The position numbers and the translations under genes were made by a program. This document shows, piece after piece, positions 47,195 to 56,849 of a DNA stretch of 64,000 nt (the stretch's first letter is position 1; each line of letters begins with the position of its first letter). Origin of the DNA: a bacterium (GTDB taxonomy: Bacteria > RBG-13-61-14 > DATKZS01); NCBI GenBank assembly GCA_963674965.2, contig CAXXFL010000006.1, forward strand, positions 1,024,001 through 1,088,000. Reading direction: 5' to 3'. The notes under the pieces were generated by a model. The model made no database searches, was not told where the DNA came from, and saw nothing but the letters and a program-made list of their open reading frames with translations.

Positions 47195-48091
47195 ATGAAC
47201 GTTGGTCCATCGGATTACGAGCTTCGCGCTCTAAAGGAAATCCAGGGTTGGAAGGGCCGGGAAGACCCCTGGTACGGGAAGGCCTTGCGGTACGCGGGCA
47301 AACCCATGGACGCCATATCTTCCCTGGCCTCGAGGGCCCCGGGGTTCGACTGGGCCATCCAGAAGACGGTGGGTAGGCTCGTGACCCTCCTCAACGACGC
47401 GGCCCAGTGGTCGGTGAGAAAGAGGGCCATCTGCGCCGAGTACGGGGCCCTCGGTTTCCGGGTCGAGCGGTTGGAGGACGTTCTCGATCTTGACCTCGAG
47501 TCGGTGGACAATGCCATCGGTCGGCTCGAGGCCAAGTACGTGGCCATGGCCGCCGCCGAGGGGACAGCCGCCGGGGCCGCCGGCGTATTCGGCATACCCA
47601 CCGACGTGGTGGGCCTCACCGCCTTGTCCCTCCGGGCCATCGGAGAGTACGCCACCTATTGCGGCTTCGACGTAAGTAACCCCGAGGAAAAGCTTTACGC
47701 CGTGAACCTTCTCGACTTCGCCCTCAGCCCCGATGAGCGGGCGAAACGGGACTCCCTTTCGAGGCTTCTAAAAGTGGCCCGGGACGTGGCGGCCAAAAGG
47801 GTCCAGCGCGAGACCCGCGAGTCGGTCCTCGAAAAAGTGATCGAGAGCGCGGCCAGGTCCATGGGCGTAAGGCTGACCTCCGAGAAGTACGCCCAGTTCC
47901 TGCCCCTGGCCGGGGCCCTGGTGGCGGGAGGATCGAACGCCTTTCACGCGGCCGCCGTCTGCCGCGCCTCCTATTATCTCTATCGCGAGAGGTTTTTGGC
48001 CCGCAAGTACGGGGACTACGTCATCGGGCTCCTCTCCGACCCCATGAAGGACCTGGCCAAAGGCGGAGTCGAGTCGGAGAAAGGCGATTGA
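47195..48091 (+). CDS. EcsC-family protein
   Basis: AAAEGTAAGAAG..GIPTDV..LRAIGEYATYCGFD..E, K.AQFLPLAGALVAGG.N, YRERFL; start uncertain. Confidence 0.75.
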   Translation: MNVGPSDYELRALKEIQGWKGREDPWYGKALRYAGKPMDAISSLASRAPGFDWAIQKTVGRLVTLLNDAAQWSVRKRAICAEYGALGFRVERLEDVLDLDLESVDNAIGRLEAKYVAMAAAEGTAAGAAGVFGIPTDVVGLTALSLRAIGEYATYCGFDVSNPEEKLYAVNLLDFALSPDERAKRDSLSRLLKVARDVAAKRVQRETRESVLEKVIESAARSMGVRLTSEKYAQFLPLAGALVAGGSNAFHAAAVCRASYYLYRERFLARKYGDYVIGLLSDPMKDLAKGGVESEKGD

Positions 48092-48394
48092 AGGGAGCCT
48101 TTGACTACGACCGCCTTCCTGGACCATGTTGGTTCGACAATTTGAATTAGCCGCCGATAAAGGCTCCGCCCCGCCTATCGAGGACACGGGTGTATGCCGC
48201 GCTAAGCGGGATGAATAGGCCTCCCTCCACCACCCGCCGGCGGCGTGATAATTCGCATGTAAATAAACATTGTGAACGCTGGGACCATCTTCATAAAATT
48301 TTTGGGTGGCTTAGCCGCGGGCTGAGTATTGCTTTTTCTAAATCAAGCACGGATTGTTTTTAGTTCCGAGCCTCTTGCAAAAGTCTTCATTATA

Positions 48395-50153
48395 CCTAAA
48401 TTGAGCGATTTTTCCCAATAAAAAGTCCACCTGTTCGGTAAATTCTATGGTAGAATAAGGCATTTCTCACAATCCCTCATCAACCGCGAATTCAACCCGA
48501 AAGGTGGACTGAAAACATGAGCAAGAATACCACGAAGTCCCACTCCGGCAAAACCCGCGTCGCCAATGTCGAACCATGCGACGACACGCTCTCCGGCCGG
48601 GGCGGACTCGCTCTCTTCGCCCGATACCTCTAAGCCATCGCCATCCAACGGCCCCTCACAACCTTGTTCGGGTCCCTGCGCAAAAGTTCCAAGGGCCCGC
48701 CGGTGTGGGAGACCTTTGTTCAACTCTTCGCCTTTTTCGCGGACGGGACCAGCCGCCACCTCACCCATTTCGACCGCCTCAAAAAAGACCCCGGCCACGC
48801 CGCCCTCCTCGAAACCACCACCGACCAACTCCTTTCTTCGCACCAGGCCAAGCGCTTTTTCCGCGCCTTCAATTTTCCCAAGGCCCTTCTCTTCCGCCAA
48901 CTCCTGCGCCGGCTGTTCCTCTGGCGGCTCAACCTCGCGAGGCCTTCGGTGGTGGTCCTCGGCCTGGACACCATGGTGATGGACAACGACGATGCCGCGA
49001 AACGCGAGGGGGTGAAGCCGACCTACAAAAAGGTGAAGGGCTTTCAGCCGCTGCAGCTCACCTGGGGCCGCTTCATCGTGGACGCGCTCTTTCGGAGCGG
49101 GGACAAGCATTCCAACCGCGGGGACGACGCGGTGCGGACGCTGGGGACGGCGGTGAGGATGGTCCGGGCGCGTTACCGGGCCGAGGTCCCGATTCTGATT
49201 CGCATGGACGCCGGCTTTTTCGACGAGAAGCTGTTCGCGGCGCTGGACGCGCTTGAGGTCGGCTGGATTTGCGGGGGCAAGCTCTACGATGACATTCGCG
49301 CCTTTGCGGAGGCCGTCCCGGCGGTGGATTGGCGGCGTCTTCGCAAGGGGAAAGTGGAATGGGAATGGATGGAACTCGGGGACCGCCGGGGGAGTTGGAA
49401 AAGTTTTCGGCGGGCGTTCTACTGCCGGCTGGCGGTGGACGGGATGGGGCAGCGGCGGTTCGAGTTCGCCCGGCCCGACGGCGTCATCTACACCAACCTC
49501 GGCCAGGGCGGGCCGGTGGACGCGAGCTTCCGGGCCGCGGGCGAGGGCGCCCGGCTCAAGGGCGAAAATATCGTGTCCGAATATCATCGCCGCGGCGCCG
49601 ACGAGCTTTGCCACCGCGCCCTCAAGGACTTCGCCGACGAACAACTGCCCTTCAAGAATTTCGCCCCCAATGCCGCCTGGTATTACGCCCTGCTCACGGC
49701 CTTCTTCCTGTTCGAGGCCTTCGCCGAGGACGTGTGCGCCGAAGCCGTGCCCGTAACCGCCTACCCCGCCACCCTGCGCCGCGCCGTCATTGACGTCGCC
49801 GCCAGGTTCGTCCGCCATGCCGGACGGATCATTCTGAAAATCGCCCGGCCGGCCTGGGAGGCCCTCGACTTCGGCCGCCTGTGGGAACTCGCCAACGCCC
49901 CGCCGACACTCGTCCAGGTTTGACCCGGCCCGAGCCGCCGAAAAGGCCGCCGCCCCAAGGGAGCGGTGCGCCCGCGCCCCGATCAGCAAGACCCCCAGCA
50001 GTCCGTCACCACCGCCAGAGGACCGGTCTCTTTAAAAAAACGCCCCCTTCCGCTGTCGGCGCTGGACAGCCAACCGCTCCCGCCGCTGGAAGCGGAAATT
50101 TGAGGCCATTTGGGGTTTGCATTAGCATAAATAAAAAAATCGCTCAATTTAGG
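48395..50153 (+). mobile_element. IS1380-family insertion sequence
   Basis: Perfect terminal inverted repeats CCTAAATTGAGCGATTTTT / AAAAATCGCTCAATTTAGG flank a DDE transposase; ~1.76 kb; no target duplication found. Confidence 0.88.
48517..49923 (+). pseudogene. IS1380-family transposase with an in-frame TAA at codon 39
   Basis: ATG 48517 MSKNTT..LSGRGGLALFARYL* (TAA 48631-48633), then the same frame continues: LGLDT, YKKVKGFQPL, RMDAGFF, YHRRGADE, NAAW. Confidence 0.8.
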
Positions 50154-50363
50154 TTGAAGTATTTACCACCTCAAAACTCTTCATTCATACCATCTCCTTT
50201 GGGACCAAAAAGCCCCGTAAATATGCTAACCTGTATCACAGTGTGGACAAATTGTGTCCAAAAAAATCGAAAAACGACCTGAAAAAGGGGTTTTTGAGCG
50301 GACCCCGCCCCGGAGGGCTTGAGGCTAACCCTGGTTGAAAGGCTTGAATTTAGAAGTTTTTTT

Positions 50364-50450
50364 TGGTGCCCGGAGCCGGACTTGAACCGGCACATGGATA
50401 ACCATAGCGGATTTTAAGTCCGCTGCGTCTACCAATTCCGCCATCCGGGC
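50364..50450 (-). tRNA. tRNA-Leu (anticodon TAA)
   Basis: GCCCGGATGGCGGAATTGGTAGACGCAGCGGACTTAAAATCCGC..GGTTCAAGTCCGGCTCCGGGCACCA; long variable arm; encoded CCA. Confidence 0.97.
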
Positions 50451-50800
50451 ATAGGCCGCATAAGCCCTCGTTTTCCGTTCGGAAAGCGCTTCGCCAAAAA
50501 GCGACGCCGCGATTTGATATTAGCATAGGCGCCGCCGGATAACAAAGAAACGCCGCTGGCCGGCGGGGAAAGGGGCCGGTCCGTTCTTTTCTCGATTTAT
50601 CAACATCGACAAGCTGGCCTTTGACTCGAATGCCGGTTGGTGTTACAGTAATTTGCGAGGCCGGATCTTGATCTCCAACCTGGATTCGGTTTTTTTCTTT
50701 TGGGGAGACAATTCAATTATCCCTGGCGCTTTTTTCGCGGGACGGGCCATGGCCCTTTCCGGTGGAGGCGTTTTCAGGGGGAAAAGCTTGGAGGCCTTTT

Positions 50801-52084
50801 ATGTATGAAAAGAACGTCGAGAGAATCGAGGAACTGGTCCGCCAGCAAAACCAGTGGCGCTCCAGCACCGTTAATCTGATAGCCAGCGAGAACATCATGA
50901 GCGTGAGGGCCCGCTCCTCCATGGGCTCGGACTTCACTCACCGCTACGCGGAGGGCCATCCCGGCGCCCGTTATTACCAGGGCACGGAGAAGATCGACGA
51001 GATCGAGACCCGGGCCAAGCAGCACTTAAAGACCCTGTTCGGCTGCCGCCACATCGACGTGCGCCCCATCAGCGGGACCGTGGCCAACGACGCGGTCTTC
51101 TCGCGGTATATAAAGCCCGGCGACGTGGTCATGGTCAACTCGACCTCGGCCGGCGGGCACATCAGCCACCACAAGGCCGGGTCGGTGGGCAAGTACACCA
51201 ACAACATCATCAATTTCCCCCTTACCAGGGACGGATACCATCTGGACGTGGACCGCGCCATCGACCTCATCGAGAGCGTGAACCCCAAGCTCCTTATCAT
51301 GGGCAAGAGTCTTTTCCTCTTCCCCGAGCCCGTGTCCGATCTGGCTCCCCTTTGCAAGGACATGGGAATAACCCTCGTTTTCGACGCGGCCCACGTCCTG
51401 GGCCTTATCGCGGGCAAGAAGTTCCAGGACCCTCTTAAAGAGGGGGCCACCATCGTGACCGGCTCGACTCACAAGACCTTCTTCGGCAGCCAGCGGGGGA
51501 TCGTGTTCTCGAACATGAAGGACTCCGAGTGGGCCCTGATCGACAAGGGGGCCTTCCCCGGCAGTTCCTCCAACCATCACCTCGACACGCTGGTGCCTCT
51601 GGCCATCACGGCCTACGAGTTTCTCGAGTTCGGGGAGACCTACGCGGAACAGGTGGTCAAGAACGCCAAGGCCCTGGGCGCGGCCCTTTACAACGCGGGC
51701 CTGGACGTTCAGGCCTCCCAGTTCGGGTTCACCGAGTGCCACCAGATAGCGGTGGACGTGAGCAAGCTGGGAGGAGGAGACGAGGTCGCCAGGATACTCA
51801 AGGACAACGGTATAATCATCAACATGAACCTCCTTCCCCACGAGCCGCTCGAGCGGGTGCAGAACCCGGCGGGCATCAGGCTGGGCGTCCAGGAAATGAC
51901 CCGCGTGGGCATGAAGGAGGAGGAGATGGACATTATCGCCGACCTCATCAAGAAGTGTCTCATCGACGGCCAGTACGTGGCCGAGGACGTGAAGGCCTTT
52001 AGGAAGGACTACCAGATCGTGCAATACAGCTTCGATCCCGGCGCCGACTCGATGGAAAAGCAAAACATCAAGGCCGTCAAATAA
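50801..52084 (+). CDS. glyA: Serine hydroxymethyltransferase (archaeal-like sequence type)
   Basis: NLIASEN, RYAEG..RYYQG, GGHISH, FDAAHVLGL, GSTHKTFFG, FPGSSSNHHL, GIRLG. Confidence 0.92.
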   Translation: MYEKNVERIEELVRQQNQWRSSTVNLIASENIMSVRARSSMGSDFTHRYAEGHPGARYYQGTEKIDEIETRAKQHLKTLFGCRHIDVRPISGTVANDAVFSRYIKPGDVVMVNSTSAGGHISHHKAGSVGKYTNNIINFPLTRDGYHLDVDRAIDLIESVNPKLLIMGKSLFLFPEPVSDLAPLCKDMGITLVFDAAHVLGLIAGKKFQDPLKEGATIVTGSTHKTFFGSQRGIVFSNMKDSEWALIDKGAFPGSSSNHHLDTLVPLAITAYEFLEFGETYAEQVVKNAKALGAALYNAGLDVQASQFGFTECHQIAVDVSKLGGGDEVARILKDNGIIINMNLLPHEPLERVQNPAGIRLGVQEMTRVGMKEEEMDIIADLIKKCLIDGQYVAEDVKAFRKDYQIVQYSFDPGADSMEKQNIKAVK

Positions 52085-52097
52085 GAGCGGACGCGGC

Positions 52098-52463
52098 ATG
52101 TACGAGTTGATCGTAAAGAGGAAATTCTCCGCCGCTCACCAGCTTCGGGGCTACCGGGGCAAGTGCGAGGCCATGCACGGCCACACCTACGGCGTTGACG
52201 TCCACGTCATGGCCGAGGAGCTTGACGAGGTTGGACTGGCCGTGGATTTCAAGAAGCTCAAGGATTCAATCGACGGCCTGCTCGATAACTACGACCACCA
52301 CCTTCTAAACGAGGTCAAGCCCTTCGACGAGATCAATCCCAGCGCCGAGAACATGGCCCGGGTGATTTACCACGAGCTTGCCCGCTCTCTTCCAAAGGGG
52401 ACCAGGCTGGGACGGGTGGTCGTGTGGGAAAGCGAGAACGCCGGCGCGGCCTATTTCGAGTAA
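52098..52463 (+). CDS. queD: 6-carboxytetrahydropterin synthase / PTPS (COG0720)
   Basis: FSAAH, CEAMHGH, DH..LNE, NPSAEN, VWES. Confidence 0.9.
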   Translation: MYELIVKRKFSAAHQLRGYRGKCEAMHGHTYGVDVHVMAEELDEVGLAVDFKKLKDSIDGLLDNYDHHLLNEVKPFDEINPSAENMARVIYHELARSLPKGTRLGRVVVWESENAGAAYFE

Positions 52464-52613
52464 GCCGCGTTTTTTTCCGGGCCAATCCTCCGGGCCTTCG
52501 GTTCCTTTCGTGGAAAAGGGAGCTATAATAATACAAGTGACTTTCCAAGGCGCTTTCCCGGGGCTTTCGCTCCCGCGGATACACGAAGAAAAACGGGCGG
52601 TAGGCAGGCGGCT

Positions 52614-53399
52614 ATGATTGACGTACAAAGTCAGCCGGACGATCGACGTATACCGATCAAGAAGGTGGGGGTAAAGGACATCCGCTACCCCATTATCGTA
52701 AGGGACAAGGCGAGGGACACCCAGGCGACCATCGCCTCGTGCAGCATGTACGTGGACCTTCCCCAGGACTTCAAGGGCACCCACATGAGCCGCTTCATCG
52801 AGGTGCTGAACCGCCGCCACGGGCGCATTACCCTGAACAACTTCGTTAGCATCCTCGACGAGCTAAAGGAGGAACTCGAGGCCAAGTCGTCCCACGTGGT
52901 CATGGAGTTCCCCTATTTTATCGAGAAAGGCGCCCCGGTCTCGGGAGAGCGAAGCCTCATGGAATACAACTGCCGGTACATAGGCGAGATAAACCACGCC
53001 AGCAAAAACTTCCAGGTGGGCATCTCGGTTCCCGTCACCACCTTGTGCCCATGCTCCCGGGAGATGAGCGAAAGGGGCGCCCACAACCAGCGCGGCATCG
53101 TGACGGTCACCCTCGAGTTCAAGAAGTTCTTCTGGATCGAGGACGTGATCGACGTCATCGAGAGCTGCGCCAGCGCTCCGGTCTACGCCCTGCTCAAGAG
53201 GGAGGACGAGAAATACTTGACGGACCGCGCTTACGAGCACCCCATGTTCGTCGAGGACCTGGTGCGGGAGGTGACTCGCAAATTGCGAGGCGACTCCAAT
53301 TTCACCTGGTTAAAGGTGGAGGCGGAGAACTTCGAGTCCATTCACAACCACTCGGCCTACGCCATGGTCGAGTGGGAAAACGACGACGCCGGCGAGTGA
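52614..53399 (+). CDS. folE2: GTP cyclohydrolase IB
   Basis: DVQ, KGTHMSRF, TLCPCS, GAHNQR, LKREDE, PMFVED, ESIHNHSA. Confidence 0.95.
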   Translation: MIDVQSQPDDRRIPIKKVGVKDIRYPIIVRDKARDTQATIASCSMYVDLPQDFKGTHMSRFIEVLNRRHGRITLNNFVSILDELKEELEAKSSHVVMEFPYFIEKGAPVSGERSLMEYNCRYIGEINHASKNFQVGISVPVTTLCPCSREMSERGAHNQRGIVTVTLEFKKFFWIEDVIDVIESCASAPVYALLKREDEKYLTDRAYEHPMFVEDLVREVTRKLRGDSNFTWLKVEAENFESIHNHSAYAMVEWENDDAGE

Positions 53400-53448
53400 C
53401 CCGGTCCCTCCCGGGGCCGTCCGACCTCGCCGCCGGGAAGGAGAAAAA

Positions 53449-53775
53449 TTGAGGGCCGGCCTCCGAGTCTCGATGATCCTTTATTTCCCCACCCTCCTGG
53501 CCGCCGGGGCCGCGCTGGCCGGTGACTTCCGACCCGAGGAGTTCGGGTCGCCCCTGTTCAGGATCCTCTTCCTGGCCTGGATAGCCGACGGCTTCGCCTG
53601 CATGGTCTACGGCGTGGCCAACCTCAAAATGGTCCTGGCGGGGGCCGACGAGCCCGCGACCGCCGCACTGAGAGGCATCGCCTCCGCCGCCGCCGTCATC
53701 ATCGGGACCCCGCCCGCCTGCATAGCCCTCGAGCTGGCGTTCAAGGCCTTGTATTACATCCGCTACGCTCTTTGA
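53449..53775 (+). CDS. Hypothetical membrane protein
   Basis: AAGGAG RBS, about three hydrophobic segments. Confidence 0.5.
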   Translation: MRAGLRVSMILYFPTLLAAGAALAGDFRPEEFGSPLFRILFLAWIADGFACMVYGVANLKMVLAGADEPATAALRGIASAAAVIIGTPPACIALELAFKALYYIRYAL

Positions 53776-53900
53776 CCGCGTCGAATTGACCGCCACCCCC
53801 ATACTTGATAAATTGATAGGCCGCCGGCGTCCCGGCCTGAAACCACGCCCAATGGACGCCGAGAAGTTCAGGAGAATGTCCTCCAGGTAGGGACCCGAAA

Positions 53901-54464
53901 ATGGAACAGAGGCGTAAAGCGCTCATACGTCTTTTGCGCGACGAGAGCGAGGCGGTCAGAAAAAGCGCGGCCGAGGCCCTCGAGCGCCTTGACGGCCTTC
54001 AGAACATGGAGTCCCTTACCGAGAAGTACCGGTCGGGAGACAAGGTCATGAAGCTGAAGGTGATCTACGCCATGGCCAAGCTCAGGGCCGACGACTGCCT
54101 GCCCATCTTGATCCACGCCCTTTCCAACGAGGAGGAGGACATAAAGGCGGCGGCCGTTAGAGTACTGGGAGAGCTGGGAGACAACCGCACGCTCCAGCCC
54201 CTGGTCAAGCTGCTCGACGACTCCAGCCTTACCATCCAGACCCTCACGGTCGAGGCCCTGGCCAACTTCAGACACGACAACCTGGCTCCCCTTCTCTTGC
54301 CCCTGCTGCAACGAGACAACAAGTACCTGGTTATAGCGGCCCTCAATACCCTGGGCAGTCTTAACGCCTTCGAGGCCCTGGACCAGATCGTGCTTCTCAC
54401 CGAGAGCGAGGACCAGGAAGTAAGAAGGACGGCGGCCGAGGTGCTAGGCGAAATCGAGGGATAA
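53901..54464 (+). CDS. HEAT-repeat protein
   Basis: Repeated LxD..VR..AA.ALG units. Confidence 0.85.
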   Translation: MEQRRKALIRLLRDESEAVRKSAAEALERLDGLQNMESLTEKYRSGDKVMKLKVIYAMAKLRADDCLPILIHALSNEEEDIKAAAVRVLGELGDNRTLQPLVKLLDDSSLTIQTLTVEALANFRHDNLAPLLLPLLQRDNKYLVIAALNTLGSLNAFEALDQIVLLTESEDQEVRRTAAEVLGEIEG

Positions 54465-54488
54465 AAACGGGATCGGAAAAGGCTCTCC

Positions 54489-56699
54489 ATGAACCTTAAA
54501 AAAGAGTGGCCCTGGGCGGCCGCGCTGGCGGTCATGGCCGCGGTAATCGTCGTTCTTCCTTTTCTGGCTGGAAGGACCCTGGTCGACGATCCCAGGACCC
54601 TCGACGTGGGCAACCAGTGGATTGCCTTCGCCTCTCACCTTAAATCCTGTTATGCCTCCGGCCAATTTCCTCTCTGGGACCATCACGACCTCTGCGGGAC
54701 GCCTTTTCTCGCCTTTTCCCATACCAACTCCCTGTACCCGCCGTGGATCGGCGCTCACCTGGCCTTCGACGGCTACTCGACGGCCGCGCCGATGGACATG
54801 CTTTTCCATCTTATCCTGGCCGCTCTTGGCGCATACGCCGCGCTCAGGGCGATGGACGTCTCAAGGCCATCTTCATTTCTCGGGGCCATGGCCTACGCCT
54901 TCTCGGGTTTTATCTTCGCCAATATCAATTTCCCTCCGTCCCTGCACACGGGGGCCTGGCTGGCCTGCTGGTACGCGGCTTGTTTTCATCTTCTTAAAAA
55001 AGGAAACCTGGCGGTATTCATCCTGGCCTCGGTCTGCGTGGCGGGCATGGCGCTGGGCGGAGACCTGGAAATGATGGTCTATGGCCTGTTGGGAATGTGC
55101 TTCGAGCTGTGGATGAGGAAAAGGGAGCGCGACCTGACCCTCGAGCGGGTCATGACGCCCGCCTTATCGGTGGGCGTGGGCCTCCTCGCGGCTGCGGCTC
55201 TTTTGCTGCCCGCTCAGGAATTCCAGGCCCTTTCCATACGCTCGGCCGGGGATTTCAGGCCCGCGATCGGCTTGTCCCAGGCATTGTTCCTGCCGCTTCT
55301 CGCCGTTTTCCAGGTCCCACTTCCGGCCGACCTTTACCCGCCCAACAACGGCTTGGACCCCTGGTATCTGGGCGTCATTCCCCTCATGTTCCTGGCGGTC
55401 GCCGTCAAAGCCGGGCATAAGCTAAGCAAAAGGGCGTGGATTTTTCCCGTAGCCGCGGCCTACGCGATCATTTTTTACGCCTATCCTTTCAAAGTCTTAA
55501 CCTCGAGGGTCCCTATATTAGGAAGCATGATAGTCCCCTTCCGCGCCTGGCCGGTGCTTACGATCTTCTTCCTCATCGCCGCCGCCGCCGGCATGGATCA
55601 CTGGCTGGGCCATGATAAAGAAGCCGACCCCGGGACCGGGAAGACGGGAATATTGCCCCTCGGCGTGAAAGGCGCATGGTTCGCCGCCGCCTTCGCCGCC
55701 GCCGTCGGCTTATCTCTGGTCCTTACCCAGCGTGGAATCGTAAGCGGGCTCGTCTTCTGTCTGGCCTTGGCGGGGGCGGCCCTTTATTCCCTCAAGGCTA
55801 CCACCTCATTGACCCGTTCCCGCAGAGCGGCTTTGATCCTGCTCATCGCCGGCCTGGACCTTTACCTTTCCGCTCTTGCCTGGTCGCCCCGCGCGGACCC
55901 CGAGGACCTCGACTTCGACCGCAGGGTCATTCCCTTTCTGGCCGACTCCTCCGGCGAATCGCGCTACGCCGTCGTATCCATTCTGGGCATCATCGATCCC
56001 GGCCTTCCCTACCACCTGGGACTGAGAATTAACGCCGATACCATCGACTCCTTTTCAAGGGTCCCGCCACGCGACTCGGCCCTCCGCCTGGCCAGGTTGT
56101 ACCCTCCCCTTATCAAGCGGGAAAAGGGGAAACTCATAAACTACGACCAGATGGCCCTCCGATCACCCGACAATATCGATCCCAGGGAGCTTTCGCTTTT
56201 CAATGCAATGAACGTGAGATGGATCGTCTCCCGCTTTCCCTGGGACCCGGGGCCTCCCTTAAATCTTAAGCCGAGACTTTCCGAGCCGGGCATGCGCGTA
56301 TACGAGAACCTGGCGGCCGCGCCCAGGGCCTATTTCAGGCGGGCCGGGCGCGTGACGCCGGCCAGGGTCACGCACGACTCCCCCAATTCCGTCTTGATCG
56401 AGACGCCGGAAAAGGGAGAAGGTTCTTCCCATGGAAAGGCGGAGTTGAACCTCGCCCAGTCATGGTACCCGGGCTGGAATTTCACCAGCGGCGAAGAAAG
56501 GATAATGACGCGCGAGACCGACCTTGGCTTCGTGGCCGCCGACCTCGAGGTCCCGGCCGTCATTCGCGCCTGGTTCGCGCCCGTTAGTTTCAGGACCGGC
56601 CTCTGGATCAGCCTCTCCACCATGGCCGCCGGCCTCATCGCGGTCACGCACAAGGCGGCCTCGGTACTCCGCGGGAAGGGGCGAACCCAAGGGCGTTGA
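54489..56699 (+). CDS. YfhO-like polytopic membrane protein (GT-C-type)
   Basis: GQFPLWD...GTPF....SLYPP, YAFSG, many TM segments, QSWYPGW, SFRTGL. Confidence 0.75.
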   Translation: MNLKKEWPWAAALAVMAAVIVVLPFLAGRTLVDDPRTLDVGNQWIAFASHLKSCYASGQFPLWDHHDLCGTPFLAFSHTNSLYPPWIGAHLAFDGYSTAAPMDMLFHLILAALGAYAALRAMDVSRPSSFLGAMAYAFSGFIFANINFPPSLHTGAWLACWYAACFHLLKKGNLAVFILASVCVAGMALGGDLEMMVYGLLGMCFELWMRKRERDLTLERVMTPALSVGVGLLAAAALLLPAQEFQALSIRSAGDFRPAIGLSQALFLPLLAVFQVPLPADLYPPNNGLDPWYLGVIPLMFLAVAVKAGHKLSKRAWIFPVAAAYAIIFYAYPFKVLTSRVPILGSMIVPFRAWPVLTIFFLIAAAAGMDHWLGHDKEADPGTGKTGILPLGVKGAWFAAAFAAAVGLSLVLTQRGIVSGLVFCLALAGAALYSLKATTSLTRSRRAALILLIAGLDLYLSALAWSPRADPEDLDFDRRVIPFLADSSGESRYAVVSILGIIDPGLPYHLGLRINADTIDSFSRVPPRDSALRLARLYPPLIKREKGKLINYDQMALRSPDNIDPRELSLFNAMNVRWIVSRFPWDPGPPLNLKPRLSEPGMRVYENLAAAPRAYFRRAGRVTPARVTHDSPNSVLIETPEKGEGSSHGKAELNLAQSWYPGWNFTSGEERIMTRETDLGFVAADLEVPAVIRAWFAPVSFRTGLWISLSTMAAGLIAVTHKAASVLRGKGRTQGR

Positions 56700-56849
56700 A
56701 CAAACTCTTATTATTTGCTCTTGATATTTGAATATTGCGAGAGCAGAATAATATGAGACGACGCCTGAAAGTTTGGCGTCGGACGATAATTCACGGCGGG
56801 CGGGCATTTCGTCCGCTGGTCGCTCTTCTCTTTATGGGAGGTGGAGAAA

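Noticed and set aside
50171..50395. 74-aa ORF
   Set aside because: It overlaps the tRNA-Leu gene and is spurious
56757..56822. Two hairpins upstream of pfk as a riboswitch
   Set aside because: Short GC-rich stems with no recognisable aptamer or expression platform
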